Notes under the pieces: generated by a model
The model's database searches: none
The model's input: the letters and a program-made list of their open reading frames with translations, nothing else
What the model was told of the DNA's origin: nothing
Shown: one piece after another, positions 13,191 to 26,328 of the stretch
How positions within the stretch are numbered: the first letter of the stretch is position 1
Layout of the letters: each line of letters opens with the position of its first letter
Position numbers and translations under genes: made by a program
NCBI RefSeq assembly: GCF_006345805.1
Contig: NC_043011.1
Span: 16,752,464-16,816,463, forward strand
DNA: 64,000 nucleotides
Reading direction: 5' to 3'
Source: Octopus sinensis
Taxonomy: Eukaryota

Positions 13191-13197
<7 letters not shown>

Positions 13198-13387
13198 AAC
13201 TTATGAATAAGGGCAAACGAAAAAATTTCTAATGCCAAATATGCCGAAAATTGGAGATATTGTCCATTTACCATATAATTCTTTTCCCAGTACGCACCGG
13301 GAAAAACGTTATATGGTAAATGGACAATTTTTGGCATATTTGGCGTTAGAAACTTTTTCGTTTGCCCTTATTTATAAGTTATTTATA
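13191..13387. repeat. Long fold-back inverted repeat (~95-bp arms, 4-nt loop)
   Basis: TATAAACAACTTATGAATAAGGGCAAACG...TTTTCCCAGT-ACGC-ACCGGGAAAAA...CGTTTGCCCTTATTTATAAGTTATTTATA, with a 9-nt bulge in the left arm. Confidence 0.85.
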
Positions 13388-13464
13388 ATTTAACCTTTAA
13401 ATGTATTTTTTAATATACTGGCCATTGATAAATTTTTTTTCGAAAAAATGTTATCCTACATTGG

Positions 13465-13530
<66 letters not shown>

Positions 13531-13647
13531 AATCAAGGAACGGCCATAATAGGCCATTCACCCACTAGAAATAACAGCCAAAGTTTCAACCGCAACATAA
13601 CATCAATTCCGTAAACCAGGAGAAAATTAAAAAACATTTACCCTGTA

Positions 13648-13754
13648 ATTTCTTATACGATGCACCGTTTCATCTACTGTTTAATGGTAAACTAACCTGA
13701 TTAAATTAAATCAAGCCAATCTTCCATAGGCCCTTAGAATCATCAGTAAGAAAT
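13648..13754 (-). ncRNA. Type-I hammerhead ribozyme, copy 1 (intact core)
   Basis: Minus strand: ATTTCTTA-CTGATGA-TTCTA...TAGAT-GAAAC-GGTGCATC-GTA^TAAGAAAT. 8-bp stem I, near-palindromic stem III, GUA triplet; predicted cleavage between 13656 and 13655. Confidence 0.8.
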
Positions 13755-14133
13755 AGCCAAGTCGGAACAGATATTTTCACGAGGCATTTCCGTCCCTGTC
13801 TCGGCAATATCTGACCTAAAATTTTCAAATCATCGCACTCGCGCCAAATTTATCGGCAGCAAATAAATATAAGCCGCCGATTCCATTACGGAATTAACCA
13901 GAAAATTCATAATTAATCAATATAGGGTGGCAAAAAATTTTGTAGAATTTTTTTGCCACCAGCGGCCTAGTGGGAAAAATTAAATAGTCATAGACCATTT
14001 TTAAGTTCAACATCACAATCAAGGAACGGCCATAATAGGCCATTCACCCACTAGAAATAACAGCCAAAGTTTCAACCGCAAAATAACATCAATTCCGTAA
14101 ACCAGGAGAAAATTAAAAAACATTTACCCTGTA

Positions 14134-14240
14134 ATTTCTTATATGATGCACCGTTTCATCTACTGTTTAATGGTAAACTAACCTGATTAAATTAAATCAA
14201 GCCAATCTTCCGTAGGCCCTTAGAATCATCAGTAAGAAAT
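14134..14240 (-). ncRNA. Type-I hammerhead ribozyme, copy 2 (GUA changed to AUA)
   Basis: Same motif 486 nt away; ...GGTGCATC-ATA^TAAGAAAT carries a CpG-type transition at position 16.2. Confidence 0.7.
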
Positions 14241-14360
14241 AGCCAAGTCGGAACAGATATTTTCACGAGGCATTTCCGTCCCTGCCTCGGCAATATCTGA
14301 CCTAAAATTTTCAAATCATCGCACTCGCGCCAAATTTATCGGCAGCAAATAAATATAAGC

Positions 14361-14533
<173 letters not shown>

Positions 14534-15239
14534 TTTTCTAAAATGGTAGAATGTGCTTTGAGGGAGAGTTGATTGCTGTTTCAAGGAAGTCAGGTGACGC
14601 CGATCAGGATCTATTTTTCTTATTGGTGAAACTTTTACTCACTTGATGTTTGATAATTAGACTTGTTCTTTCGCATGTCAGAATAAATTGATAAATTCAA
14701 TAAGAATAAATAGAATAAATGGATAAACTAACAATGAATTAATGAATATTTTGATACATTATAAAATATAATTTCGCTTCTTTACGCTACGAGAATGTCA
14801 TGTGTCATATGAAGGGTATTTAATTTGAAGATACCCTTTTCTGTTTAGCCTTTTATCAATGTTATTAGATGAAATAATTATAATTTCATTTTATTTCAAA
14901 TTTCATCGTAGTTTAAATGAAACAGTTAAACGAATTCCAATACACAAAGTTTTAATATTTATTAAATTACAATAAAATTAAATCAGTCAGCTTTTTCATT
15001 TAAAATGGTGTAATAAAAATATGTTATTAATAACAAAAACACTGTTTAACTATCAATTTACTACGGATATAAAATTGCCAAATACAAACGATAATGACAA
15101 AAGTATGATTTCGTCATTGTCTTTCATATAATTTATTACATTCTTGTAGCATAAGTAACCATAGAAGATAAGTCTAACAATACCGGAGTTATCTAACTTT
15201 GCGTGACTTGACCAAGACTCGAGTCTTAATTACATTAAT

Positions 15240-16530
15240 TACAACAAATTTCAGGGTCAAGAAAAAAAGCATAGTTCTCATGTACATTATATTATGAAGT
15301 TGATTGTGCTAAATTCGTATTTTATATAAGAAAAAAATTCCCATCACGTCACATTTTCCTGGTCAGATTAAATATTTACATTGTAATTTATTCATAAATA
15401 TATAATGAATCGGTATGTTTGTTAGCATTATATGATGTATTAATCCACATTTTGGTATTTTCTTCTTCGTTTATAAGACGTCTCAGGTGTGTCACGCTTC
15501 GGGTTCCAGCAGGAGTCAGCCAGCAAAGGTGGGCTCAATTTTCCCTTACAACTGTTTTTCTTTGAGGCTGTATCTTGATGGAACCTCTCTCCATGTTCAT
15601 TACTCACATCTCCTGCATTCTCGGGTTAGAAGGACAGATGAGAATGAAGAAAGCGTATCTTCAGTGACATATTGTATCCGAGATCTTGGTAGCACTTGAT
15701 TTGGCACTCCACTGTACTCTCTCGCTTGGCCATTTGTCGTTTTCCCAAAAGTCCTTTGCATACATCTTTGAATGCATACCATGCTGCTAGCTCAGTTTCA
15801 TCCATTGTTGTCTCGAAGTCCTCATCAGCTTTAATCTTGGCATCACTTACTTTAGGGAAGATCGCCTTGAGGTACTGCAAACATGGCTTGATATGTTGCA
15901 GGGCTTAGTAAGTTGCTTCATTAGACCTAGTTTTATATGCAGTGGCGGAAAAATAATTTTATCCTTCAATACTAGTGGCACATGATTTACATTATGGCCT
16001 CCAGGCGTCATAGTTTCCCAACGTGACCATTCTGAGCTTACATAATGTTCTGATCTGACCCTACTGTCTCATTTGCAAAAGAAGCATATGAACTTGGTGT
16101 GTCCAGTGTGCAGCCAATTAAGTAGGGCTACTACTTTCAAGTCTACACAAATTAACCACTCATGCTCCTTGTAATGTATGAGGTCTAGAATAAAAGCTAG
16201 ATTCTCATGTCTCTCTTAAAATTACTGAGTGAGCAATTGGAACTGAAGACATGATGTTCCCAATGCGAATCAGAATCGTTCTTTGGCTGTAACGGGATGC
16301 ATCCATGAATAATCTCCACTCATTTTGTTCATAAGTCAGCTCAAAGGCATTGAATAGGTCTGTGATATAATTACAAGATTTCCAAAATGAAGAGTAGCTG
16401 TAGATCAGCAGAATGCTTCCTAAATACTGTAATACGAGCATCTTTATCCAAAAGGTTCCAGTGTTGCTCACGTAAGACCAGGACTTCACTGTGTTGCTTA
16501 GAAAATGTTAGATCACGAACTATATAATTG
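15240..16530 (-). mobile_element. Degenerate Chapaev3 (CMC) DNA transposon, transposase pseudogene
   Basis: Minus-strand motifs: EWRLFMDAS...IGNIMSSVPIAHS, DLKVVALL, FPPLHIKLGLMKQL, YLKAIFPKVSDAKIKA, AAWYAFKDVCKGLLG, LGYNMSLKIRFLHSHL, HGERFHQD; many stops and frameshifts. Confidence 0.85.
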
Positions 16531-16795
16531 AGTTCAGGTTGGGTGAAGAGGTGTGGTTTCTTGTCAGATTTAACACGGATTTGGACCCATATACCTATAA
16601 AAATATTGAGTGTACTTTTATAATTCTCATGGGTTCGGTTGACAACTACCTTAGGAATACCCCATTAAAAGTATATCAAAATCTGTTCAAAACTTTTAAA
16701 GTTATCAGTTTCAGCCCACTTTTGTTTACACTCTATTCCTATGGAACGATCAGTGTATTTAACGTAAGATGGTAATTTACGAGAAACGTGAGGGT

Positions 16796-16895
16796 TACAG
16801 AGGGTTCCCAGGCGATCACCCATCTAAGTACTCACTTGGCTAAACGTTGCTTAACTTTGGTGATTGGACGAGAACCAGTGCTTTCAACATGATAT
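16796..16895 (-). pseudogene. 5S rRNA pseudogene or 5S-derived SINE3 head
   Basis: Minus strand ATATCATGTTGAAAGCACTGGTTCTCGTCCAATCACCAAAGTTAAGCAACGTTTAGCCAAGTGAGTACTTAGATGGGTGATCGCCTGGGAAC matches the invertebrate 5S rRNA body (A box, C box) with substitutions and damaged ends. Confidence 0.85.
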
Positions 16896-17319
16896 ATAAA
16901 AGTTTACATTCAACTGATTGTAATATGTATTTTGACAGAAATTTAGCTGCTATATTTAGCCAGTCGAACTTTATTGATTCTTACTCATTCATATAATGTT
17001 CTTTATTTAGGGGAACTAGAGAAGAATAAAACTTTGAATACCATATAAAATTCTAAAATTGTATTATCTTAGTATATCCTTTATCCTCTGGTCCGAAGAC
17101 ACTTGAAACTTTGACAGGATAAATAGTTAGCTGTTAATTAGAGAGTAGGTATTACTCAAATAATTTGTTATTGGTTAGCCCAATAAATAGTGCTTAACCA
17201 ACGTTACACAGTAATTGGATATAAAGAGGAAGACAAAATGCCATAATTGTTTTTCTGTGATAAAAGCTGTAGCATGGTCCTCTCTCTTGATGTGGCAAAA
17301 CAAATTACCTGCAGAATAT

Positions 17320-17465
17320 TGGTTTCAAATTTTGGCACATTGCTGGCAATTTCGAGGGAGTAGCTGAGTTGATTACGTCAACCCCAGTGCTCAGGTGGTA
17401 CTTATTTTATCGACCCCGAAAGGATGAAAGGTAAAGTCGACCTTGGCAGAATATGAACTCAGGAC
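17320..17465 (-). mobile_element. SINE family B (Meta-like core), 5'-truncated
   Basis: GGTACTTATTTTATCGACCCCGAAAGGATGAAAGGTAAAGTCGACC on the plus strand. Confidence 0.75.
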
Positions 17466-17759
17466 ATATGCTGAAAACAGATACAATCAACCTGAGAATC
17501 ACAGAGGCATAGTTTGTTAGGAAGAAAGCACCCAGCCGTGACTGCCAGAATGAGCTCAAAAGCTGGAAGTACATCTACTGCTTCCAGAGCTTTTAACCAG
17601 TACCAGCAATGACCACCACAAAAAGTAAATGGAAAGAATGTCTGAAGAACGATCTTTGATCTCCAAAAGCACCCATATGAATAAATCTAATCTAACAAGT
17701 GGCAACAAGGCTATCCACAGATTACATGCCACATGTATGCCCTGCCTTTCTATCTACAT

Positions 17760-18052
<293 letters not shown>

Positions 18053-19099
18053 TCTAAACTTCCCTTAATCTATTCAGTTTACAATATTTCATCTTCCTCC
18101 TTTACCATCCTAAACTCTCCTACCAGTGACATTAGCCTGTTTTCTTTCTATACTATATTAGAACACAAGGTTTGAAGAAATGCCGTTAAGAATTTCACCC
18201 GGAGTGTTATCACTTCTGCCAGCTGCCTTAATTACCTGTAAAATATTGAGTCATCTAACTACATTGTCCTCCTTGAGTTTTTAAAGAAATACCTCAAAAA
18301 TTTCTATATAGAATCATAAATTAGTTAGTCAAACAAATATCATAATAGTATCAACCATGGAAATAAACTTTGTTCATATGAGACTCATTCATATTGTTAA
18401 AAGAAGTTGTAAAAGGTAAAGTGTGTCTCTGTGCTATGAAAAGAAAATTTATTTCATATACGAAAATTCATATATGAAAATATACTTAATTTATTTTAAA
18501 TGAAATTTAAATATTTCTCTTAACACAATGTAAACTTACCTCGTATATTGCTTTTCTTTGTGTTGACCATTGCTAATGCAAAATGCACTGGTTGCCTTAG
18601 ATTTCAGTGCATCTATTAACACAATACAGATCTGAGTAGACATTTACAAAACAGATGTTTGAAAGTCATACAAATAGAAATGAACATTTTCTAATATATT
18701 TTTTTATCTATTATCAAAGTAATACTCGCACTTACAAGACTGTTGCTGTGGGAAATAAAATAAATAATCCTCATACAAGGCAACATTCATAAATACTATT
18801 CCATACACCTGTTCTGAGTATTAATTCTGACGTTAATTAAAATTTATGGAAGAAGAAATGATGAAAGCATTTTGATTAAAGTGTATTTGTTTTGGGAATC
18901 TATTTGATGTATGAACAAATGGAAATGATGTGGGTTGTGCTGTGTTTCACAATAAAGATGCACAGGTAGATGCTGCTTTTACATTATTTTATCCTCTTTC
19001 TCCTCCCCTTCTTAGAAATACTCACAAAATTAATATCATCGACTGAACTATTGAGTATATAATTATGTACAAAAGTAGCAATAATGTTATACGCACACG

Positions 19100-19638
<539 letters not shown>

Positions 19639-20204
19639 AATAATTAAGATTCAGTTGGATTAAATCCTTTAAGGACCAAGTCTGTCCAATATTATCCGCA
19701 CAGCTTGAAGTTAGGTGAATAAAGTGCAAATAAGTAACAAGTAGCAAGGGTGTCCAGGTATTAGTGCATTATGGCTGTTCTAAGCACCTCCATTTAATTG
19801 ATCAATGCAAACATTTCACCAATTTGAAATAAATCGCTCTCCTTGGACGTATATGTCTATATAGATTGGGTCTGTTGAATGTGATAAGGATATAAATGAA
19901 TGTAGCTATATCATCATTCCTCTTTATTGACGACCATTATTTTCTTCTGCCACTCATAATAGACTTCATTCTGATATAATAATAGCAAAAAGAAATAATG
20001 TATTTTTGTCTCTAGTACTGATGAAAAATTTACTAAAAAAATTATAATGGAGTATCCTGTATGTTAGAAATCTATATGCCCATACGCATCCGAGGAGAGT
20101 AGTATATTTCAAATTAATGTAATATCTACATTGATTGATTAAATGGAGCAACTTGAACAGCTGTAATGCACTAATACCTGGATATCCTTGTTATTCATTT
20201 GCTT

Positions 20205-20259
<55 letters not shown>

Positions 20260-20357
20260 TGTGTGTGTGTGTATACATATATATATGTATATACATACAT
20301 ATATATTTATATATATGTGTGTGTATATATATGTGCATATAGGTATGAATATATATC

Positions 20358-20402
<45 letters not shown>

Positions 20403-20403
<1 letters not shown>

Positions 20404-21560
20404 TTGGGTTATCCCTTAGATAATGTGCTTTTTTTATATATCTCTTTTATTTTTTACAATTAAGATAATCAAAGTTCTTTTTTAATCTAAAATATACTCT
20501 CCTTCATTTTCTACAATGCCCTTCCAGCTTTTGATTTTGAAGATTTCATAATAAATACTAATCAGATGGGTCCACCGAATATGATAGGTAGGGCATAATT
20601 TCCAATTCAAACTGCTACTGCCTTTGGAATGTCATCCTTGCAGCATGTGGCTGAATATTATCCTGATGGAGGAACACCTTTTGTCATGAAACCAAAGATG
20701 GGCATCTTTCTTCTAGTACTGACTTGAGCTTCTCACAGTAGATCACCTTTGTTATCGTTTGGTTTAGGTTTATAAGTTCAAAGTGGACTAAACCTTTCAT
20801 ATCCCACCAAACAGATAACAGCACATTACGTGGGTGAAGACCTTCTTCGGCTGGGGTGCCGGGGTTCCTTCTTTCCTGCCCACACTTGTTGGTTCTTGAC
20901 ATTTTTATAGAGCACTCAAAGTGAACTAAGCCTTTTATATTCTACCAAACAGATAACAGCACCTTACGTGGGTGAAGACCTTCTTTGGCCTGGGGTGCCA
21001 GAGTTCCTTCTTTCCTGCCCACACTTGTCGGTGCTTGACATTTTTATAGGGCATTCAAAGTGAACTAAGCCTTTTATATTCTACCAAACAGATAACAGTA
21101 CCTTACCTAGGTGAAGATCTTCTTTAGCTTCGGGTGCCAGTGTGTCTCCTTTCCCTACCTACTGTCTTCGGCGCTTGACATTTTTATAGAGAACCCATTT
21201 CTCATCGCCAGTTACTATTTGGTCCAAAGAATAATGAGATGTGACAGTAAAAAGAAGCACACATTTACTCTCTGTGCACAATTAGACTCAGAAAGTTTGT
21301 GAAGAATCTACTGACCCAATTTTCTGACTTTTCCAGTGGCACGCAGGTGTTGATCAATGGTTGAATGACCAAATCCAAACTTCTCTGCTAGTTCCTCAAC
21401 AGTTACGATGGGATTTTGTTCCACTAGGGTTTGCAGGACATCCTTGTCGAGCTCTACAGATCTTCCAGACTGAGGCTCACCTTCTAGGCTGTAGTTTCTG
21501 GCTTGGAATTTCTGGAATCAATATTTTAACTTTCTCCTTCTTCATCCCAATTTCATAATT
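20403..21560 (-). mobile_element. Degenerate mariner transposon with an internal 139-bp triplication
   Basis: Minus-strand VTGDEKW, LHPRNVLLSVWWDMKGLVHFELINLNQTIT, HQDNIQPH motifs; candidate TIR TTGGGTTATCCC at ~20403. Confidence 0.8.
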
Positions 21561-22025
21561 TTTTTATGTTTTCGAATTTTCTTCCTTGATAACACATGGA
21601 GAAAATAAAAACAGAGAAAACGAATCTTTCAGAATTTTCTTCTTTTCTTTTTCTTTTCTTAAAGAAATACTAAAATCTCCTTTACAAAAATCTACCAGTC
21701 ACCTCACCACTGTCAGAGCGCTACAAACTCCCAATGTTTCACTTTTCACTTTTTGGAAAGCGGGTAAATTTCTTCACAAATAATGTTGTTTACTTGTTGT
21801 TTCTAGCATGTCGAGTTTTCTGGTGGTGCTCCAATATTTTTACATCTGCTATTTCAGTACAATTCTATGCCTACATGAAACATCAGGCAAAAGTGAAACA
21901 TTGGGTGTTTTCAGCTTTTTGAGAGGGGGTAGTTGATGGGTGGGCGGGGTAGGCAAAGTATATTTCCCAGATTCATAATCTTTCTATTTTTCTACATGGA
22001 TAAAAAAATATATATATATATTTAT

Positions 22026-22200
22026 AGGCGTAAGAGTGGTTGTGTGGTGAGTAGCTTGCTTACCAACCACATAGTTCCGGGTTCAGTCCCACTGCATGGC
22101 ACCTTGAGCAAGTGTCTTCTACTATAGCCTCGGGCCAACCAAAGTCTTCAGAGTGGATTTGGTAGACAGAAACTGAAAGAAGTTCACTGTATGTATGCAT
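22026..22200 (+). mobile_element. tRNA/CORE-type SINE family A, 5' half
   Basis: AGGCGTAAGAGTGGTTGTGTGGT...CCGGGTTCAGTCCCACTGCATGGCACCTTGAGCAAGTGTCTTCTACTATAGCC. Confidence 0.8.
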
Positions 22201-22247
<47 letters not shown>

Positions 22248-22249
<2 letters not shown>

Positions 22250-22778
22250 CTGATCTTAACTGATTGGAAGTGTTATCATGTACATTGTTTTGTCTTTGTA
22301 TAAAAGATGGGCTACAGCAAATATTCTGCTCAATACAACAGATTTTCTTGTTAGTTGTTTGACTTAACCAGTTGAGTATGTCCCTTAGTGGTTGACGATA
22401 TGTGCATCTCTGATCACGAGCAGAAGTAGTGGGGGAGCATCATAGCCATGTGTTGACGGGGATTCTTTGGGGTTTGAATAATTCACCTCTGGAAACATGG
22501 GTGTTTCATTCAACTTCCTTAAATAACCCTTATTCAGGGACCTTTCGAGTGGGATGGGTTACCTGACCTGAAGAAAATTCTAACTGGGCCCCACCTGCAA
22601 GGTCATGTGCTGTTTATCTTGATATGAGATCACCATGTCGCGCACATATGGTTGTGATGCATGTGCCTAGTGTACCCTTATCAGACGTGTAGCCATGATG
22701 GGTATACTGGGCTTCGTATATTTTACCCCAGTGTCACTTTGATGGCATGCACTGCTCTCTCACTCAATAATAATAATA

Positions 22779-22821
<43 letters not shown>

Positions 22822-22822
22822 T
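22248..22822 (+). mobile_element. Probable 3' UTR of an R4/Dong-type non-LTR retrotransposon ending in (TAA)n
   Basis: A ~520-bp higher-GC block ends ...GCACTGCTCTCTCACTC directly before (AAT)n. Dong elements target (TAA)n, but no ORF is visible here. Confidence 0.5.
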
Positions 22823-23057
22823 AATATGTAGTACAGTAATGTTCATTCTATTGAAACTGAAGAGATGTAAAATAAGGATTTTGTAGGATTTGACCCTTTA
22901 GCATTTAAACCAGCCATATCCTGCCAAAATATTCTACCTACTTCATGTTCAAACAGGCCAGATCTGGTCTCTCACACCTATCCAAGAATGTCAGTCTAAA
23001 AAATAAGCATCCTCTAACTCTTGAAGCTACGAGATATCTAGGATCAATTCAAAACAG

Positions 23058-23690
23058 TCATCATCATCATCATCATTTAGCGTCTACCTTCCATGCAGGC
23101 ATGGGTTGGATAGTTTGTCAAAAGTTGGTCAGGTGGAACCTGCACTAGACTTCTATGCCTGTTTTGGCATGGATTTTATAGCTGGATCATCCTCATCATC
23201 ATCATCGTTTAACATCCGCTTTCCATGCTAGCATGGGTTGGACGATTTGACTGAGGACTGCCGAACCAGGCTCCAATCTGATCTGGCAGAGTATCTACAG
23301 CTGGATGCCCTTCCTAATGCCAACCACTCTGAGAGTGTAGTGGGTGCTTTTACGTGCCACTGGCACAAGGGCCAACCAAGTAGTACTGGCAACGGCCATG
23401 CTCAAATGGTGTTTTTTACGTGCCACCTGCACAGGAGCCAGTTCAGCGACACTGGCAATTACCTCGCTCAAATGTTTTTACACATGCTAGTAAGTTGACG
23501 CTGGTAATGATCATGCTCGAATGGTGCTTTCTACGTGCCACTGGCATGGAAGCCATTTAGCTGCTCTGGCAACGATCATGCTCAGATGCTGCTCTTAGTT
23601 CTCTACTAGCACGGATGCCAGTCATCGAATTTGATTTCGATTTCACTTGCCTCAACAGGTCTTCACAAGTGGAGCTTAGTGTCTGCTCTT
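23058..23690 (-). mobile_element. Two adjacent copies of an RTE-tailed SINE with (GAT)n tail and internal minisatellite
   Basis: (CAT)n...TTCCATGC(A/T)GCATGGGTTGGA occurs twice; CAGCTGGATGCCCTTCCTAATGCCAACC motif; repeated TACGTGCCA...CTGGCAACG subunits. Confidence 0.65.
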
Positions 23691-23999
23691 CCTAATGCCA
23701 GCCAACCAGCTGGGTGGACAGAGGGATTTTAACATCCTTGTGAATATATAATCATTAAATTTAACAAAGTAATCTGAATGCTAAAAGTTAAACGCAAACT
23801 CTAGTTAGATAAAATTATGCATTTCAAATCATTTAGTTCATATCTGAAATAAATTTCTTAATTAGTTAAATTGAAATTAATCTATTCAGTTAAGGCAGAC
23901 CTAGAGTTAAAAAAGAGCACCCTGAATCATAATGGGAAATATTATCTATGCTATTTATACTTTCATGTAACCCTCTATTTTCTCATATTATTATTTTAA

Positions 24000-24217
24000 A
24001 GTTTAAATAATGAGGGAGATAAATTGAATATTAATTGAATTAATATCAATTTAAAACCAGTAGCCTAGCATACAAAAATCTGAAAAATCAGAGAAAATTC
24101 TAATATATGTGTATATTTTAAGGGCTAAAAACCACTATGTGGACAGCCACATGCTAGATATAGCTGTCCACATAGTGGTTTTTAGCCCTTAAAATATACA
24201 CATGTATTAGAATTCTC
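24000..24217. repeat. Diverged relative of the 3227 element terminus, ending in a ~50-bp fold-back
   Basis: TGAGGGAGATAAATTGAATATTAATT...TTTAAAACCAG...GAGAAAATTCTAATATATGTGTATATT aligns with 3240-3345; arms ~24096-24147 and ~24163-24217. Confidence 0.75.
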
Positions 24218-24960
24218 ATATTATTAGTTAGACAACTACAAGTGGAAAGTGAGATTCTAAACATGATGCTTGTTCTGATCAAAACTTAAGTAAACAGAAT
24301 ACTAAAGGCTTGTAGTAATTATTGTTAGGATAATACATCATTAGAGTGTAGTATGTGCAAAGCCATACTAGTAGAATAGAGATAGTAGGTTGTTGGATGT
24401 AAAGTATTTAGCTGAGTATTTTATATCTCTTAGTTTAAAGTCCCATCAGTGTTGGCTTTTCCTTTATCATTGTTTGATCAATAAAATAATTAACTGCAAT
24501 ACTATAGGATCAATGCAATATCAAGTATAGCCATTAACCCTATGAGAAAAGGTCTCATGTCTATAGAATAAAATCATTGAAATGATTGCTTGCACCAGAG
24601 GAATAGTGTAATGAGAGAAGTAAAAAGCAATGAGGAAATTAGTTATAGATTAACTGACACGTTGGTTCAATGTGGAATGAGAGGAGGTCAGAATGTTCTT
24701 ACAGATTGCAACAGTTGGGGAGAAGTTTGCCAAACATTTACAAATGGTAATGAAAAGAACAGCAGATTACGGATATTTAACCCTTAAGCGGCCATAACTT
24801 ACCAATTCTTCTCAACTAAAGGAGGCAGAGATAGGTTTATGGGATTATGAAAACCATTTAAATTCCTATATAAAATTTATGTGAATTGAAAGATACAGCT
24901 AGTCATTGACTTTCTTTCTGAAGAGATTTTTAAGCCCAATATATATTGATCCAAAAAGGG

Positions 24961-24991
<31 letters not shown>

Positions 24992-25169
24992 CGTGTGTGT
25001 GTGTGTGTAAGCACAGGCATGGCTGTGTGGTAAGAAGCTTGCTTCCTGACCACATGGTTCTGGGTTCAGTCCCATTGTGTGGCAACTTGGGCAAGCATCT
25101 TCTACTATAGCCTTGGGCCTACCAAAGCGTGAGAAGATTTAGTAGACGGAAACTGAAAGCAAGCCCGTC

Positions 25170-25200
<31 letters not shown>

Positions 25201-25490
25201 AAATTACAAATAAGAAAATGGAGAAGCACATTAGTTGGTTCATCAGCTTTAGGATATTAAAATGTTGACTTCCTTAGTTGGTATTGGTATATCCTTTAGC
25301 AATGAGTCCATCTGTATTATCTCCATTTTTCCAACAGTATTCATTTTGAGGGACTGTCATACCATACTAAAATGTACTCACTCTTACCAGCAATACCCCA
25401 AATATTGCATTGATAGCTTATACATATACAAGTACTAGTAATAGATATTCCTCATTTAATTATTATTTCATGCCAAGTAAGTTAGGGGTT

Positions 25491-25985
25491 GAGAAACAAC
25501 TTCAGTAAGCCATCTTAACCGAATGTGATGACTGTATATATGATGAAGAGAATGCTGGCAAGTTATTTTTTTTATAAAACCATTAATAGATTTGATATCA
25601 AATGCAGTTTAGAGAAAGAAAGAAAATAGCAGAAAACCAAGAGTAGAGAAATGTAGTGCATTAGATGAATGGGAATGAAGCTCAAAGGCGTGGAAAGAGA
25701 TATATTTAGTGGAAATGAAATGTAAGAAGATAGTCAAAGGTCCAGTTTTATAAATTGGTGTATAAAATTGGACCTTTAACTGTCTTCTTACATTTCATTT
25801 TCACTAAATATATCTATTTCCACGCCTTTAAGCTTTATTCCCATTTACATAATGCACTACACTCTTGATTTTTTGCTACTTTCTTTCTTTCTCTTAATTG
25901 CTTTTTATGTTAAATCTATTAACATTTAAAAAAAAAATAACTTGCCATCACATTCGGTTAAAATGGCTTACTGAAGTTGTTTCTC
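25491..25985. repeat. ~495-bp imperfect palindrome derived from a PLE 3' UTR
   Basis: GAGAAACAACTTCAGTAAGCCAT...AAGGTCCAGTTTTATA / TATAAAATTGGACCTT...ATGGCTTACTGAAGTTGTTTCTC; arm sequence resembles 61435-61690. Confidence 0.85.
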
Positions 25986-25989
25986 TATT

Positions 25990-26078
25990 TTTCCCTGCTG
26001 ACAAGATTGCACTGTTTTACACTATTTTATTCCCCTCTGGAATAATACCAATGTTTTCTTCGAAACATATGTAGAAAG
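25990..26078 (+). ncRNA. Degenerate type-I hammerhead with long stem II
   Basis: TTTCC-CTGCTGA-CAAGA...TCTTC-GAAAC-ATAT-GTA^GAAAG; A6C substitution; homologous to 61348-61435. Confidence 0.55.
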
Positions 26079-26279
26079 TATAAAGATTTGAGTAACACCT
26101 CCGTTTAACTCCATTTCTTTCTTTATCTGTTATACAAAAACATTTCACTAAACCCAGGAATTTCTATCTTTTAAGCAAGCTGTTACATCCTTGGTACTTA
26201 TGGGAATTTTTTGCTACCCTGGTAACTATTTATTTGTTTTCCGTGTTATCTGTACACATTGAAAAAATACACATAGATT

Positions 26280-26328
<49 letters not shown>

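Noticed and set aside
18534-18745. Minus-strand donor-like sites (G|GTAAGT near 18540, T|GTAAGT near 18735) with a short MVNTKKSNIR frame
   Set aside because: No recognisable protein or matching downstream exon; a host gene or lncRNA cannot be supported without RNA-seq.
22026-22100. tRNA-like A/B boxes at SINE heads
   Set aside because: No complete cloverleaf, and they continue into SINE bodies, so they are not tRNA genes.
23340-23620. Spaced repeats superficially like a CRISPR array
   Set aside because: A degenerate minisatellite internal to a SINE; the spacers resemble each other, the context is eukaryotic and there are no cas genes.
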